From positions 1 to 64,000 of the IMG/VR virus record IMGVR_UViG_3300042558_004148: a DNA stretch of 64,000 nucleotides. One strand, given 5' to 3'. Below, piece after piece: positions 63,577 to 64,000 of the stretch. Position numbers and translations under genes: made by a program. The number at the start of each line of letters is the position of its first letter. Within the stretch, counting starts at the first letter, position 1. Below the pieces are notes generated by a model. That model had not been told where the DNA came from and made no database searches. It saw only the letters and a list, made by a program, of their open reading frames with translations.

Positions 63577-64000
63577 ATGGCTAAAATATATGATTATGCT
63601 GCATTCGCTGGTAGTTCTAAAGGTGCTAAATATAACGATTACTCATTCGGAGTTGAATTAAAGTATATTGACGTGGACATATATGATAGACCGGAGGAGT
63701 ATGCTGATATTTCTGATGCTAAAGTTTTTATTGATTATTCAGTTGATCTTGTTGTTAATAAATCTGGGATAGAGGGAATGAATTTTAGTGTTAGTTCGGT
63801 TGAGCTTGAGTTTATGGTTGACGATCACCCAAACGAAGACAAGGAGTTTGATATAGATCTAATACCTGGTAAAACTATAGACTTTAGTCAGCTTAAAATT
63901 GATGCCAAGGAAAATACAATACCGTCATATCCAACAAATGTATCTATCAATATGAGAAACTCGACGGATCCTAAGAATTTTGAAATAACCGTGGAGTTCG
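63577..64000 (+). CDS. Hypothetical acidic beta-rich protein, 3'-truncated by the window edge
   Basis: Open from ATG 63577 (MAKIYDYAAFAGSSKGAKYNDYSFGVELK...) to the end of the window. Confidence 0.7.
   Translation, partial: MAKIYDYAAFAGSSKGAKYNDYSFGVELKYIDVDIYDRPEEYADISDAKVFIDYSVDLVVNKSGIEGMNFSVSSVELEFMVDDHPNEDKEFDIDLIPGKTIDFSQLKIDAKENTIPSYPTNVSINMRNSTDPKNFEITVEF

Noticed and set aside
1-64000. Stop-codon reassignment, tRNA/rRNA genes, introns or inteins, eukaryotic or giant-virus origin
   Set aside because: Core genes are full length in the standard code with about 95% coding density; no cloverleaf, intein or intron signature was recognised; the T4-like head and tail modules indicate a bacteriophage.

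Overview
An AT-rich, gene-dense 64 kb segment of a large T4-like (myovirus-type) phage. Nearly all genes are on the + strand and read in the standard code. A Bacteroidota host is inferred from TAnnTTTG promoter boxes, A-rich starts without Shine-Dalgarno sequences, and Bacteroidota-like dCMP deaminase and ECF sigma genes. Left arm (1-13.9 kb): a giant fibre gene that starts upstream of the window, built from collagen-like G-T-[S/N/D] blocks, a C1q/BclA-like domain and a Cys-rich GG beta-roll. It is followed directly by a modification cluster: sulfotransferase, APS kinase, HxGH nucleotidyltransferase, DUF2061, two GT9-like transferases, and a three-domain GT4 + Aah/TibC-type protein O-heptosyltransferase + FkbM methyltransferase. 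A separate heptose-7-phosphate kinase (RfaE/HldE domain I) lies at 39 kb. Together these suggest a phage-encoded system that heptosylates, sulfates and methylates its own virion fibre; this is the top finding and is an inference. The rest of the window holds morphogenesis genes (neck, terminase, oversized sheath, two tail tubes, baseplate hub, two portals, protease-scaffold fusion with 13 x 14-aa repeats, major capsid), replication and repair genes, two sigma factors with three candidate promoter classes, proteins with T4-like capsid-targeting N-termini (including a nucleotidyltransferase), and two candidate -1 frameshifts at A_AAA_AAG. No tRNA, rRNA or CRISPR array was recognised. All family assignments come from motif recognition by eye, not from database searches.
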